Of a stretch of DNA of 62,241 nucleotides, positions 48,763 to 61,000 are shown in pieces; position 1 is the first letter of the stretch, and every line of letters begins with the position of its first letter. The stretch is from Carcharhinus longimanus (taxonomy: Eukaryota). The position numbers and the translations under genes are program-made. The DNA is taken from NCBI GenBank assembly GCA_030264375.1, contig JASCQW010000072.1:79646223-79708463 (forward strand), read 5' to 3'. The notes beneath the pieces were generated by a model. The model saw only the letters and a list, made by a program, of their open reading frames with translations, was not told the origin of the DNA and ran no database searches.

Positions 48763-51700
48763 AATGATTAAAGCAACAATGGACATTTTGATCTTCTCTG
48801 GAGCTGTCAATCAAAGCAGTTCAAGANNNNNNNNNNNNNNNNNNNNNNNNNNNNNNNNNNNNNNNNNNNNNNNNNNNNNNNNNNNNNNNNNNNNNNNNNN
48901 NNNNNNNNNNNNNNNNNNNNNNNNNNNNNNNNNNNNNNNNNNNNNNNNNNNNNNNNNNNNNNNNNNNNNNNNNNNNNNNNNNNNNNNNNNNNNNNNNNNN
49001 NNNNNNNNNNNNNNNNNNNNNNNNNNNNNNNNNNNNNNNNNNNNNNNNNNNNNNNNNNNNNNNNNNNNNNNNNNNNNNNNNNNNNNNNNNNNNNNNNNNN
49101 NNNNNNNNNNNNNNNNNNNNNNNNNNNNNNNNNNNNNNNNNNNNNNNNNNNNNNNNNNNNNNNNNNNNNNNNNNNNNNNNNNNNNNNNNNNNNNNNNNNN
49201 NNNNNNNNNNNNNNNNNGCTGTGGCTGTCTCAGACAACAAAGGGGGATTCCTCTCCTGATACTGACATCTCCTGACAATCAAAGAACATCAAAAAAGTCG
49301 GTAACACCTGGAGCTTCTGAAAGAAAGCAAGGGAACACCTCTCATAAAACAGATATCTCTTGTCAAGCAAAGTACTTTAAAGAGGTCTGGTAACACCCAT
49401 GGCTTCTGAAATCAACAAAGGACATTCCACTCCATAGATTGGAGTAGCGCAGTGATTTTGAAGGATTCCAGGTTATCGGGGGCATGGATTATTATGAAAC
49501 CAAGCCACTTCAAGGATTTCGCAGAACACAGACAATAATAAATACTTTTAACAGAAAGTTTTCTGAAATCATAATCCTCAGAATGTTTTCCATGTACCCA
49601 AGAAGGAGAAATCCAGCCCTGGGATTTCCAACCTTAGGGGAGAGTCATAGAATCATAGCACAGAAGGAGTCCGTTTGGCCCATCAAACCTGTACCGACAA
49701 CAATCCTACCCTGGCCCTATCCCTGTAGTCCCAGTAGCACCTGGAGGAAACAACACAAGGCCAGAACTGAACTCGGGTCCCTGACACTGAGGCAGCACAG
49801 CCACTGTGTCACCTGTGGTCCTGAGGTCAATTTCTTGAAAGATTCTCTCTCTGCAGCCTGGCAATGGCAGAGGAGCCCATTGCACAGTAGTTACCTCCTT
49901 CAACCCCCCACCCCAGGAGACCAAAGCGTCTGGAGCCCGTTTATCAGGGCCTGTACCAAACTATGCCCACTGGACTTCCTGCTGGAGGGATGAGAGCAGA
50001 CTAGCAGGCTGAAGTATCTGACCTCAACCCTGATGATTATATTAAAATGAATGTCAGTGAGCAGTGAAATGACTTTGTAAATGTGCTGCAATGGAAATGG
50101 AGATGGTGCTGTGAGAGTCACTCTGTGAGCACTCTGTAATATCAGCTCCCTCCAACAGGTCATTGGACTGCAGACCTGTTGCTGCACATTTTATTTGCCT
50201 TCCTATAATATTTTGTTTATCAATTCCACTTCAGCCCAGTCTGATTTACCAGTTTAATTGGTCCCTTCACATTACATTTCACTGGCATACTGGAAGGTGA
50301 TTCTCCCAAAAGCACTGAATTGGAGGAAATCTGTTCTAGATCATAACTCTTTTGTCAGTTCAGCTTCTCACCTGAATAGAACAAAGAACAAAGAACAAAA
50401 ACAGCCCGGGAAACAGGCCCTTCAGCCCAACGAGCCTGCGCCGCCATTTTAATATTACCAGTGCCCCCCTCCACCCATGACCCTTATCTATTGTTTTTAT
50501 GGCAATCCACATTGAGGGAAACTAATTTAGGGACAATTTANNNNNNNNNNNNNNNNNNNNNNNNNNNNNNNNNNNNNNNNNNNNNNNNNNNNNNNNNNNN
50601 NNNNNNNNNNNNNNNNNNNNNNNNNNNNNNNNNNNNNNNNAGAATGAGGGACAATGTAAGTTCTTCATTATTCTGTGGGCCTCTCAATTACCTTGGCAGG
50701 AGATTTGCTCATTGGGAAATTTTAAGAACATAAGAACTAGGAGCAGAAAAGCACATCGTCCCTTGAGCCTATTACACCATTCCACGTTATTACGGCTGAT
50801 CTTCTGCCTCTACTCCACTTTTCTGCCTCGCTCCCCATGTCTCTTGGTTCCCCAAGAGATCAAGGGCGTAAAGGGTGAAATCCAGTACTCTTGCAATAAA
50901 TAGTAACATGCTAATTGCTTGCTGTACCTCCATGCAAGCGTTCTGTATTCCTTATGCAAGCACACCTAAAACTCTTTGAATATCACCATTTAGAAGTCTC
51001 ACACCTTTTAAAAAATCTTTTGCTTTTCTCTACTTAAAACTGAAGTAAATAATTTCACACATCACCATATTATACTATTGCCAACTTGTTGCTCACTCAC
51101 TTAACCTATCTGTATATTTTAGAAGCCTTTTGTTTCCGCCTCACAGTTGGAGTCCCAACTAGTTTTGCATCATCAGCACATTTGGTTTGAATCTTCCTGT
51201 ACCTGTATCATCAGATATTGGACACAAGTTGGGAAATGCATGTCAGGAATCCACGGAGGTCCTAAAACACATGCATGCAATGAATTGCTTTGGGCTTAAT
51301 TCAGCTGCCTGGGTTCCTCTGTAATGTCTCCGACACTGAACTCAGCGTCACATAGTTGTGCAGATACCTGGGCGATTTACCTGTCAACTTATTCTGAAAT
51401 GGTTACACTGGTTAAAGCTGGCCTAATTCAGAGATTCACCAGCATTACTGAAGAGAGTGTCACAAATGACCCCCAAATCACCCACTGAGCCACAAATCAT
51501 CAGTTGGCTCCACTAGTCCCTTGCCACTCCCCACACCTCACAACCTCCCCCATGCCAGACTAAACCCCCCCCCTCCCCGGCCACCCAACTATACCCTAGT
51601 CCAGATGCAACTATCCCCTGTCTTCCAACTATCCATTCACTCATTTATCCTTTCACTGTCCTCCTGAAAGGCTTTGAGATCTTTATAAACTTACCCAAAT

Positions 51701-52331
51701 ATCATAGCTAATGCCATGAAAAGGGGATGTCTTTTCTTTTCCTGTCCCTTCTCCATGGGTGTCCGTGCTGATCCATCACTGCTTAAACTAGGATTGGAAG
51801 TCCCAGCTGAACATATGCAAAAAAGGTCCCAGAAATCTTTGTGGGCAGCATCAATACGTGTAGCATCAACACTCACTGGAAGATCTGGAGCATTACCTTT
51901 GGTCTCTTTGTCTAAGTTATTGATATAAGTTGTAAATAGTTGACACCCCAGCACTGATTCCACTGAAACTCCACTAGTTACAGTTTATCAACCTGAAAAT
52001 GACCCATTTATCTTGCCTCTCTGTTTCCTGTCTATTAGCCAATCTTCTAACCATGTTAATACATTAGAACACCATGAGCTCTGTGTGTCAATTCTCCTCA
52101 CTATACTGCCTTCTATCACAACTGCATTCTTTTTTACTCCCCTCAATTGAATGACCTCCTGCACTTTGATGCTGCAATCAGTTTTCCCGTCCATTCTGCC
52201 AATCCGTTTTCCCATCCACCCTGCAGTCCTTTCCTCACCCACACTTTGTACCTGTTTGCCAAAGTCTAGGGCTATGGGTTAAATCCAAGGGCCTCCATCA
52301 CTACTGCACTGTAGGGATTCTATGATTCTAT

Positions 52332-52458
52332 AGGTGGGATTTCATGGCCTTGTTCACCCCAAAATTGTAAAATCCCACCCAAGGTTAACAGACCTTCCCA
52401 TGTTTCATCCGTTGTCCGCTCCAATTCCCGTGGCAGATGGGACAGTAAAATTCCACCC
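52332..52458. mobile_element. Harbinger-type MITE inserted in an HE1/CR1 tail
   Basis: Ends aggtgggattt / aaattccaccc with a TAT duplication; same family as ~45084 and ~26296. Confidence 0.65.
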
Positions 52459-52851
52459 TATGATTCTATGATTCTGACTGTATCCTACAGTCTGTGCCTG
52501 CCTAACTCACAGTCACACCTTTCTGCCCTGACTATTGACCAACTGTAAAGTTCTACTTAACATAGTTTAACTGTCTCAGGGATCAAAGTGCCCACATATC
52601 TCTTCAATGTCTACAGCTCGGACTCTAGCTCAACAACTTTGAGCTGAAGTTCCTTGTGTTGTAAACACTGCAAATATGGTTTTCAGTATTTCAATGAACT
52701 TCACCAGCTCTTACAGGCTGCAGTTACGACACATCACCCATCCTGATTCGCAACTATATTGCTGTTCCTTCACCACCGCTGAGTCAAAATCTTGGAACTC
52801 CTTTCCTAACAGCACCGTAGGTGTATTTACACCAGGTTAGATGTGCTATGT

Positions 52852-53179
52852 GGGCGACACAGTGGCACAGTGGTTAGTACTGCTGCCTCACAGTGCCAGG
52901 GACCTGGGTTCAATTCCGGCTTTGGGTCACTGTCTGTGTGGAGTTTGTACATTCTCCCTGTGTCTGCATGGATTTCCCCTGGATGCTCCGGTTTCCTCCC
53001 ACAGTCCAAAGTTGTGCGGGTTAGGTTGATTGGCCATATTAAAAGTGACCCTATTGTCAGGGGGATTAGCAACGTGAATACGTGGGATTACAGGAATAGG
53101 GCCTGGCTGGAATTGTNNNNNNNNNNGTATGGACTCAATGGGTTGAATGGCCTCCTTCTGTACTGTGGGGATTCTATTC
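52852..53179 (+). mobile_element. HE1 SINE inserted in a CR1-clade 3' end
   Basis: Full HE1; the host LINE sequence resumes at gacagcagcggttcaagaagg...caataaatgctggcc. Confidence 0.88.
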
Positions 53180-53516
53180 AGACAGCAGCGGTTCAAGAAG
53201 GTATCTGAAGGTTAATTAGGATGGACAATAAATGCTGGCCGACCAACAGCACCTATAATCCCCTGAATGAATAAAAAGATTATTTGTTTAATTATTAATT
53301 TAGTAAACTAAGAACAAGCTTTCTATCTTACCGACTGGAGCTAAAACCAAAGGAATTTAAAAAAAAAAACACCTCCACCCTTTGCATCAGATTCCCACCT
53401 GCACCAAACTGCAGACTTCAGAACCTTATGTCCGGTGCATTCCTTTTCTGAGAACTCTGTGCTGTGGTAAATACTGTTGACTGTACACTAAACACATGGA
53501 TTATAGAAACGTTTAC

Positions 53517-53601
53517 CTTGCTGATGCGTTTCTGCCAGTGAAGAAGTCGAGCTCTGGTAAATGAGTAGAAGCAACAGCTGGGGGATTCCTCTGCTTAATA
53601 C
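53517..53601 (-). CDS. Heme peroxidase exon 2 (signal peptide)
   Basis: ttttttttcacatgtag|GTA...CAAG|gtaaac; 85 nt; VLSRGIPQLLLLLIYQSSTSSLAETHQQ(G) with a hydrophobic core; phase-1 end matches the next exon. Confidence 0.72.
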
Positions 53602-55686
53602 CTACATGTGAAAAAAAAAGCAGTCAGTGTAACAGTGGCAATGTCATTCCACTGAATATACGTCTAGAAATGACAATAAATAAAATAGCAGAGGCAATTT
53701 TAAATTAGATCATTTGCAACAGCTAAAACAGTGTACAGAGCAGTCCTGTAGCCGTGTGAATCATTTGTTCAGTAAAATTCCAGGCATCAATATCTAGGCT
53801 CCATAGAATTTGGTGATGATCTTCTTGTAAGTGACCATAGAATTATAATAGAACTGCACAATTAAGTGACACTTCAAGTGTAACATAATACACCAGCTGC
53901 ATTCATTGCAGTCTGGTCTAACAGCCTGGATTTTCATCTTCAAGTTCAGGCCATTTCCTGGCATTGCAATGCAGCCTTCTTCCTACCAGTGCCTGGCCAC
54001 ACTATTTTTGGGGTGGCAGGGATAAGCCTGAGTCAGGGCTTATCCTGCATTCAGAAGCAGGCCCAAGATAGGAACAGAGGTGGGTGGCTGCTGAGCCTGG
54101 CATGTTAGAAGGCTCACCTCCATTTACTGGGACATTAGCCCAGTTCTGTACATGAGTGTTAGGAACCATGGTCTTCATGCCTCACCAGTCTCCTCACCTA
54201 TCCTCAACCCTCTTCATATTCCCCATGTTTTGTCATATATCTCTATGCCCCCTCCATAACCCCATGCCCCATCCATAACCCCATGCCCCTTCCATATGCT
54301 ATTTGCCTCCTTGTATATCCCCATTTTCTCTCACCCAATATCTACAATGGACAGAACTAATGGGCCCTAGCATGCAATTGGAAGATCTTTGAGTTGTTCA
54401 TACAACTGTTGAAATAAACAAACAACCATTGTCAAAATGTTTATCCTCTTCAGAGCTCATAATTCTGTGAATCAAACATACAGCCAATCTAACAGCACTT
54501 AAAAATACATAATTCTCTTAAGTGCACACAAAATTACCAAACTAAAATGAACAACTATTCAAAAGCTTCTTCAAAAATATTATCATAACATTTCATAAAA
54601 TAATCAACTGTTCATAAAATAAACAAAGCTCACAGACCGCATGACTGCTGTCTTAGTAACTTCGGTTATGCTGAATCCATTGTTGGGGTTTAGAGCACAT
54701 CAGACATATTCATAATAGGAATTCATTGCATAATGGTGTCAACAGAGCCTCCTGAGCTGTATATATTAAACCTGTGAAGTTATGGAACAGATGACCATCT
54801 ATTGCACTACTGAAAGGCTCATAAGAAGGCTGGGATGTCAATAAAATAAGGCAGCCACCTGTTCATCCATTTTGAAGACTCAGCAGATCGTTGGGGTGTC
54901 AATCAAAGGAGTCAGCCATTTTTCAGCTCTTTCAAATGCTCAACACATGGCTGGATTTATAATCAAGGAAAAGATTAAATCACAGGGGAAACTGACACAT
55001 TAAAATCTGAATCTTAATGCTTCTCAATGTAGGAGAGTAGCTTATTGACAGGATAAAGTGAGGTGCTCCTAGTGGATATGAGCATTTTCATAATGCTGGC
55101 AAATGTAATGGTCATTTATCTCTTTTAAACAAAGCTCTATGATTAATCATGGTATTTAAACACATTTAACTTAATATGCACTTTTATCTTATGCACCATT
55201 ACATTTAAAATTTTTGCAATCCACTTACTCATTTTGAAGAAACCATAGGCTGATAATCAGGCTTAGAATCTTTGTAAACATTCAGTTAGGATCAGTGGGG
55301 GTACTTGAGATGCATTCAAGTGTGAAGGGAAATGAAAATAGGTTCAGCTGATTGGAAGATCAGTAGACATCCCTTGAGCTGTCAATGGAGGTCTTTTTCA
55401 AAGCACTACACATTTAAATTGCTGGAGATCAAAGGTTGTGGCATGGAGAGGGTTTCAAAGGTGTCAGCTTGCCAGGAAGCCTCAGAAACTTCAAATCAAA
55501 GCTGTGTTAATACATATGAAAAAACAAGCAGTCAATATGACAGTGGCAATGTCATTTCACTGAATACATTGGGACTGATCGCATAGCTGTGAAGAATGGA
55601 ACCCCCTCCAGTGAAATTTCCTCTCTGTCAAAGGGGTCTGCTCATAACTGCAGCTTCTGACAGGGAGAAAGGGTAACAGTACATAC

Positions 55687-55695
55687 CTTTGTCAT
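55687..55695 (-). CDS. Heme peroxidase gene, candidate exon 1 coding part (ATG ACA AAG, MTK)
   Basis: Minus strand gaagaatATGACAAAG|gtatgt; the phase-0 donor fits the phase-0 start of the signal-peptide exon; TATAAT about 70 nt upstream. Confidence 0.55.
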
Positions 55696-55762
55696 ATTCT
55701 TCTCCTCACTTGAAAAGTGGCTGATTGTCCATCTTCTAACCTGGTGCTTATTATTTGCTCCC

Positions 55763-55768
55763 ATTATA
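55763..55768 (-). promoter_or_regulatory. Candidate TATA-like box of the peroxidase gene
   Basis: ccTATAATgg on the minus strand just upstream of candidate exon 1; supported by position only. Confidence 0.3.
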
Positions 55769-56248
55769 GGCTCTGGATAAATCTCACATCTTTACTATCA
55801 ATGGCACATTTCAGCAGCCTGTCCATTGACTAATGTCAACTGGATAGTTTTTGAAAAAAAATGTCATGATAGGGAACCTACCGTCTCTCCCAGGCCCGGC
55901 CTACATGTATCCCCAATCCTACACCACATGCTTGACTTTTAATGGTCTCTGATGTGGCCAGTTGTAAACAGTTAATAGCAAATATAGTGTTACAAAAGAA
56001 TCAAATGGACCTAATACTTAATAAAGACTATCAGTTATCATCAAAATTAACTGATAAATCAGTAACTTTTTCATGAGAAGCATCATGAAGAAAGTAAGGA
56101 GACAGTACTCTGACTGAGTGACTTCAGTGTTTCCCACTAAGAATGGTTCAGTTATACACCAATCACAGAATTAGATAGTTCCTGAAGGACATGAGTGTCA
56201 GCTTGATCCTGGGTCAGGTGGTGAGGTAACCAATATAAGGCAGGAACC

Positions 56249-56587
56249 TCATAGAAACTCTACAGTGCAGAAGGAGGCCGTTCGGCCCATCGAGTCTCCA
56301 CCAACAACAATCCCATCCAGCCTATCCCCGTAATTCCACATATTTACCGCACCCAATCCCTCTAAACTATGCATCCTGGGACACTAAGGGGCAATTTTGC
56401 TTGGCCAGTTCACCTAACCTACACATCTTTGGACTGTGGGAGGAAACCGGAGCACCCGGAGGTAACCCACGCAGACACAGGGAGAATGTGCAAATGCCAC
56501 ACGGAAAGTGACCCAAGCCAGGAATCGAAGCCAGGTCCCTGGAGCTGTGAGGCAGCAGTGCTAACCACTGTGCCACCGTGCCGCCCA
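56249..56587 (-). mobile_element. HE1 SINE, full length
   Basis: catagaaactctacagtgcagaaggaggcc...accactgtgccaccgtgccgccc. Confidence 0.9.
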
Positions 56588-57730
56588 CAATTTGATTAGA
56601 ACCTATTTGATCTTTGACCTCACTAACCTGTTGCAGTCAGGTCTGGCCATGGTAGCATTTGTAACAACCTCAGATTTCTTGTGGCAACCAAGGATTGTAA
56701 TGGCTCCCATTGGATGGGAAATACCTGGTAATAAATTAATCACCCATGTTTCTTTCAACTGACGGTTGACACTGACCAGCAGGAACAGTGATTTTCTGAT
56801 TGGTGAGAGAATTCTCTTTTCTATAATGTGTCAGTCCACTATGTGAAGACAGATCAAGCTATTTAAATCTGGGCTTCTATCACACATCAACAGCAGTTTA
56901 TACCACTACAATCAGTAACTTCATTGCCCAGCCCATCACTCTCTCCTCATTCACCACTAAACAAGGAAACTGACCCTGTTTCAATGGAGATTACTTAAGA
57001 TTTGCCAGAAGCAGTGGCAGAGATAACTTAGAATGAGACACCAACCTGGGGAAACTGCATCTCAGGACTACCTGTAAGCTAAACACCCAGAAATAGCATT
57101 CTTTGCAGAGTTTGGCAATCCTGTAGCCTGTGGAACAGAACTAATTTATCTAATGCTTTGCATCCAACATGGTAGCCAACAACTAGGAAGCGCAGTGAAC
57201 TGTCATCTTTGCAAGGTGGAGGCAACAAGCGAACTCAGGATACCAGGCTGAAGCTTTTGCTAGCATCCTGAGCTAAAAACTATGAGTAGATGGCCTGACG
57301 GCATTTTTGAGGACTACTGTCAGAATTCACACTGTTCAGTTAATTTGGTTCAACCCACATAACATTAAGAGGTGCTTGAGTGCGTGGAAGGAAGTAGGGG
57401 ACAGATTATTTTCTGACTGGAGCATGTGGTGAGAACATTTTAGTTTTGTGCTGGAGACCTCTGCCCCAGAGCTAGCTACCCTCTAAAAAGGAGATAGGGA
57501 ACCAAAAAATGGTGAGGGAAAGTGAACGTAAGAAGAACGATGGGACAGAGAAACTCAAAAATACAAATTGAAGAGAATGTGTGGGACAAAACTTCATAAA
57601 GGATAGAAAGAATCAGTAAAGGAGAGAAATGGTTCTGGGGAGTCAAAAGGAAACCAACAAAAAACAGGAGAGAGAAGCTGGAAAGAAAACTCATGGTGAA
57701 CACAAAAACGTTAAAAAAAATGAGAAAACT

Positions 57731-58034
57731 GGGCAGCATGGTGACACAGTGGTTAACACTGCTGCCTCACAGAGCTAGGGACTCGGGTTTGATCCCCAGT
57801 TTGAGTCACTGTCCGTGCACAGTTTGTTTGTTCTCCCCATGCCTCTGGGTGCTCCTGTTCCTCCCATAGTCCAAAAGATGTGCTGGTTAGGTGCATTGAC
57901 CATGCTAAGTTCTCACTCAGTGTATCCGAACAGGCGTCAGAGAGTGGCAACAAGGGGATTTTCACAGTAACTTCATTGCAGTGTTAATGTAAGCCTATGT
58001 GTAACAATAATAAATAAACTTCAAACTTAAACTT
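57731..58034 (+). mobile_element. HE1-like SINE, alternative tail
   Basis: gggcagcatggtgacacagtgg...ggggattttcacagtaacttcattgcagtgttaatgtaagcc...aataataaataaactt. Confidence 0.85.
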
Positions 58035-61000
58035 GAATCAAGGTGCGAACCAGAAAAATGGAGGGAGATGTTAACGAGGCGATGATCACCATATTCAAGG
58101 TGCTGGTCCCTGGAGACTCATCAGGGAAGAAATCTCATAGCATGCAAGAAACAATACTTTTCACTGTTTACTAATACATGTGACAATAGTAAATCAAATC
58201 AAATCAAAATCTCGATTCCAACTTTAAAATTTACAAAGTCACGGATTGTGCAATGGAAATGTTGTACTGCAACTGTTTTTTTTGGAACCAGTCAGTTTCA
58301 ATCCATTTGGCCACGTATACAAAGTTCAAAATAACATTAGCTGCTCTCAAACTAAATTGGTTATCAGAGTGTAATCAGAAACATCATCATACAAGCTGCA
58401 GCATTCCTTATTTCCCCCTTGCACATAATAACCTCCCACACCATAATAACCATAACCATAATAACCTACTACACCTGGCAGCATTTAAAAAAAATAAATA
58501 CAAAAACTCGGCACGATTGGAATTTATCATCAGTGTGTTTCTTCCCTTCATGATTCCGTTCAAACTTTTCAACTCATGTACACTCGCTCTGCAGGATCAG
58601 ATAAAACAGCTCTCAGTGCTGAAGAGCAACTTGCTCTCGATCAGGGACTTTCGCTTCTGAGATTTTAGTGCTTCTTTGGAGGAGGTTCCATCCAAATAAC
58701 AGGCCACTGCAACTGTTGATATTCGCACCCACACCCCTCAGCTACCACTGGTGGGAAACTTAATCCTGACAGTAATCATTACCATTTCCTCCTAAACTTT
58801 TAAGTTGCTGTGTATTCTCACAATAAGGGCAGACACGTGTGAAAGAATTTAGGTGGAATTTAGGTCATTAGTAATTCATAAATCTCTGTCAAGATATTGT
58901 CAAAAACTTCTTAAATACTCAGTTGAAAATACTGACCTAGATTTTATAGGTTAATGACATTCAATGGGCTTGCCTGATTGCCCAACCAAATTCTCAACAG
59001 ACACAAAATATTTTTGTCGTGAGTGCAAATTCATAAAATCTACTCAATGTGTCCTCTCTTGATACAAAATAACGCAATCGATGATGTTTCACCCAGGAAA
59101 GGGTGCGAAAAACTGGAAAACTAATACATACATAGTTAAAGTATTGATCAGTAATAATTCACTTGTCCATAGTGCTGCTTATAATACAGCACTGATGTTC
59201 CATTTAATTAGTTGCTTTAAAAAAGCACGGCTTTTTAATAGCAAAGTTTTTAATAAAAAGACCACCCAAATATATATATTGCAGTCAGTGAGAAGACTGA
59301 CAGTTTGTACAAGAATCGTTAAATGGTATTCTGTTCAATTTTTGAAGTCTAGGTGACAACTATGAATGAAATACGCTTTAATCAAACCTCTAATAAGATT
59401 TTTTGCCAATTAGGCTGTGGTTGAGTTTTGTTAATTGAGTTGATTTGCACAGAACAATTCAAGAGGCAAAGATGCATTTGAAAATTTTACAGGAACAATA
59501 AAGTGTAGGGGATTTATCATTGTTCATTTCTTCCCACAGTCCAAAGATGTTAAGTGGGTTGGCTATACTAAATTGCTCCTTATTGTCTGAAGATGTGTAG
59601 GTTAAGGGGATTCGCCTTGGTAAATGTGTGGGATTATGAGAAAAGGGCAGGGGGGATGCTCTTTTGGAAACTCAGTCAGACTCAATGGGCCGAATGGTCT
59701 CCTTCCACACTAAAGGAATTCTATGGTCCTAATTCTATGATATAGGCTTAAACAGAACTGGAGTGAAGGCCATTTGCTTCTTCACCATATAAAAGTGAGG
59801 CACTACTTTGCCAAGCAGGTATTGCATTCCTTGAAGTTACAAGCTCTTCCTATGTTAAGTTGAACTGAACATAAGTTGTGATATTGTATTCTGAACTGAA
59901 TTACATTGGCTGGAATTTACCAACCGTTCACGCTGGTGGGATTCTCTGGTCCCACTGCAGTGAACGGAGATTTGGTTGCAAGCCAAATTCTCCATCCTCG
60001 CTTGCAGTGGTAGTGAGGTGTGACTGGCTGGAAAATTCCAGTCAAAGTGAAAGATTGGGCTTCACTGCTACTGAGTTATTGTAATAACAAATTAAAGCCA
60101 AATTAATGCTTCATCTGTGATGATTATGTTGGCAATCATACTCTCCTTCACTATGTTCATATACTCTCAAAGTCAGTTATTACTATTGCACTAAATAATG
60201 TCTTTTAAGATAAATTAAGACTTAGGTAAGATTTAACCAATGCTTCACTTTACTCCTACTAATAGTATAGTTGTGGCTGAATCTTTTCAGCTCAGTTATT
60301 TTTCAGACAATTTAAAACATCATATTAACCTTGGGGAGAAAACTTGTGAATAAAGCCTTAATATGATGGCATCTGCTGTGGACCTGTTGCGGCGGTAGGC
60401 AAACCGTAGTGGATACAGGCAGTCTGGGAGGCTGGAATTGACTCTTGCCATGACTAGCCTTTCAAAGCACTTCATAATGATGGATGTCAAAGCCACCAGA
60501 CAATAGGCATTAAGTCATGCAGCTGGCTTTTCTTAGGTACTGGGATAATGGTATATAAAAATATCTGTGCACGTTAGCATTTACAACACTTGGAGGAAGA
60601 AAAAATCCACATTGTGAACAAACCTTACTCTGATTGTTGTTTTGTGAATAATTTCACCGTGCTCACAAATACCGTGCCGTCATTTCCAAATGCATGGAAT
60701 CCCCAGCAACGTCCCTTGTCAGAAGGAGAAAAGACATCTCCTTGACCTTCAATCTCTGATGAATTCTGACAGAAGTTATGTTCTCTATTTTGCTAGAGAC
60801 ACTGTCTATCAATGCCCAAACCACAAATTTAAATATTTAGAACTAGAAACCTTTTTGAAGTTTGTATGAATGAGTCTATTATTTCGGAGCAGTCAAAGCT
60901 TTGTTCTGCAGTAAAGAGTTCTGCCAATACAACAGTGAAATCCAACAGATAAAAAGAGAACTGAATCTCATTGAACAAACGCAGGGATAACTCAGAGACA

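Noticed and set aside
48713-49393. Long ORFs spanning N runs (also at 31065-31714 and 17821-18474)
   Set aside because: Artefacts of gaps read as X.
57476-57739. Hydrophobic Phe/Leu-rich minus ORF that looks like a membrane protein
   Set aside because: A by-product of a purine-rich low-complexity + strand.
58783-58785. Alternative start exon ATG|gtaatg on the minus strand
   Set aside because: Weaker donor and farther away than 55687, with no other support; not fully excluded.
60629-60760. Minus-strand donor (gtaagg) with upstream ATGs
   Set aside because: The ATG frame stops before the donor and the peptide is unrecognisable; at most a non-coding exon.
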